Position numbers and translations under genes: made by a program
The notes under the pieces: generated by a model
The model's database searches: none
The model's input: the letters and a program-made list of their open reading frames with translations, nothing else
Told to the model about the DNA's origin: nothing
Source: Chiloscyllium plagiosum
Taxonomy: Eukaryota
DNA length: 64,000 nt
NCBI RefSeq assembly: GCF_004010195.1
Contig: NC_057719.1
Location: 55,090,956 to 55,154,955, forward strand
Direction: 5' to 3'
Shown here: piece by piece, positions 62,491-64,000 of the stretch
Layout: each line of letters begins with the position of its first letter
How positions within the stretch are numbered: position 1 is the first letter of the stretch

Positions 62491-64000
62491 ATCGCCCGGG
62501 ACTGGGCCAAGGACGGTGCCTTCGGAGCCGTCTGCCAACTAGTCCCAGAGGTGTGGGCCACGAGCAAGCAGGACTGCGGCCTCGTCCGCTCTCCTCCTGA
62601 GCGGATACCCGGGCCCGTACACGCCCCGCACCGACAATACCCGATTAAACCTGAGGCGCTGCGCGCCACTGAGGCAATCGTTGCCAAGCTCACCCGGCAC
62701 GGCATCCTGCGCCCGACAGTGTCCACCACCAACTCCCCTATATGGCCAGTCCGGAAGCTGGATGGCAGCTACAGGCTCACCATCGACTACACGGCACTCA
62801 ATAGGGTCACCCCCAAAGAACACCCTATCGTAGCCAGCCCGACCACCATCTTCAATGGCCTTGAACCCTCACATCGGATATTTACGGACCTGGACGTGGC
62901 AAATGGCTTTTGGTCCATTCCCCTGCACCGTGATTCACAGGACAAGTTTGCCTTCACGCTGCGGGACAGGCAGTACACATGGACCCGCCTGCCACAGGGC
63001 TTCCACAATAGCCCTAACATTTTCCACAGGGTCATGAGCCGGACCCTGGAGGGGTGCGACCTCTCCCCCTTCTCGAGCACCCTCCTACAGTATGTAGACG
63101 ACCTTTGGATCGCGTCCGCGGACGCGCGCCAACACCTGGGGGCCCTGGCCGCCATCCTGCGGACCCTCGCCCGGGCAGGGTTCAAAATAAGCCCCACGAA
63201 GGCCCAGGTCGGACTGGCTAAAGTCCGCTACCTGGGACACGACATCAGCCAGGGGAGCAAGACCTTACCCGCCGACCGCAAGTCGGCCATCGCCGACATG
63301 CCGCGGCCAGACACAGTCAGGGGAATCTGCCGCGTCTTGGGGCTTTTTAACTACTGCCGCCCCTTCATTGCACATTTCGCCACTATCGCCAAACCCATTC
63401 AGCGCCTAGTGAAGGGGGGGCAGGCCGGGAGCGGAGAGGGTGGTATGGGGACCCGAACAGGACGACGCTTACTCTAAGTTAAATTCCCATCTCCTCAGCG
63501 CCCCGGCCCTGCGCCTCCCCGACCTATCGAAGCCCTTCCACATCTTTTACGGACTCGAGGGGGGGTTTTACAGCGCTGTTGTCACCCAGACCTCAGGCGA
63601 CCACATGAGACCAGTGGGTTACTACTCCACAAAGGAGTCCCCGGTCGTGAAGGGCATGCACCGCTGCGTGGCGGCGCTGGATTGCACCGAATGGGCGGTC
63701 CGGGTGTGTGAGCCGGTCACCATGTCCGGCCAGATAATTTTACACACTAGACACACGATAGTTGAACTCCTGAATACGGGCCACCACCGGACGGTCTCGG
63801 ATGCCCGCAAGGCAACTTGGGAGGCGGTTCTCCTCCCCCGGGACCAATCCATTCAGATCGTTAGGGACACAGGGTCAAACCCCGCCGACGGGATGATCGC
63901 GGTGGGGGAACCCCACCATTGCCAGGCTGCCATCGACTCGGCGGAGGGGGACTGCGTGGCCGACAGCCCGGTCCCTGATCCCGACCTGACCTTGTATGTG
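62480..64000 (+). pseudogene. pol: Pol: reverse transcriptase, tether/connection domain and start of RNase H, with frameshifts at ~62485 and ~63430
   Basis: PEVWA..DCG; QYPIKPEA; NSPIWPVRK; LTIDY; LDVANGFWSIPL; LPQGFHNSP; QYVDD (63091-63102); YLGH; LGLFNYCR. The +1 frame is open from 63431 to 64000: WGPEQDDAY..LLSAPALRLPDLSKPFHIF...RPVGYYS...PDLTLYV. Confidence 0.92.

Larger units (their letters stand above)
59280..64000 (+). mobile_element. Endogenous retrovirus-like element (5' LTR, leader, gag, pro, pol); continues beyond the window
   Basis: Abrupt switch from CR1 to GC/CpG-rich DNA at tggtaca|tgtgcaagc; colinear gag-pro-RT-tether-RNase H start; 405-N gap at 59784-60188. Confidence 0.93.

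Noticed and set aside
60653..63852. Antisense ORFs within the ERV as accessory genes
   Set aside because: Expected by chance in GC-rich coding DNA, and no motifs recognised.

Overview
Repeat-dense, AT-rich and CpG-depleted vertebrate DNA, almost certainly from an elasmobranch (shark): it carries many HE1/V-domain SINEs, CR1 LINEs and Penelope-type repeats. I found no intact host protein-coding exon, so the window looks intergenic or intronic. Most ORF-track entries are chance ORFs in repeats. Highlights: (1) a young, CpG-rich endogenous retrovirus-like element from ~59280 to the window end, with LTR, gag (PSAP late motif, CCHC knuckle), protease, YVDD reverse transcriptase, tether domain and the start of a second RNase H; it is divergent from gamma/beta types and may be class III- or lokiretrovirus-like; (2) Penelope-like elements, including many miniature inverted ones with 10-17 bp target-site duplications (TSDs), carrying hammerhead ribozyme cores; (3) an intronless HMGB retrocopy fused directly into the pol of a decayed Gypsy element; (4) several decayed PIF/Harbinger Myb/SANT genes plus a HARBI1-like transposase fragment; (5) a few unique AT-rich islands that look like candidate conserved non-coding elements. 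All family assignments come from motif recognition by eye, not database searches, and boundaries of old repeats are approximate.
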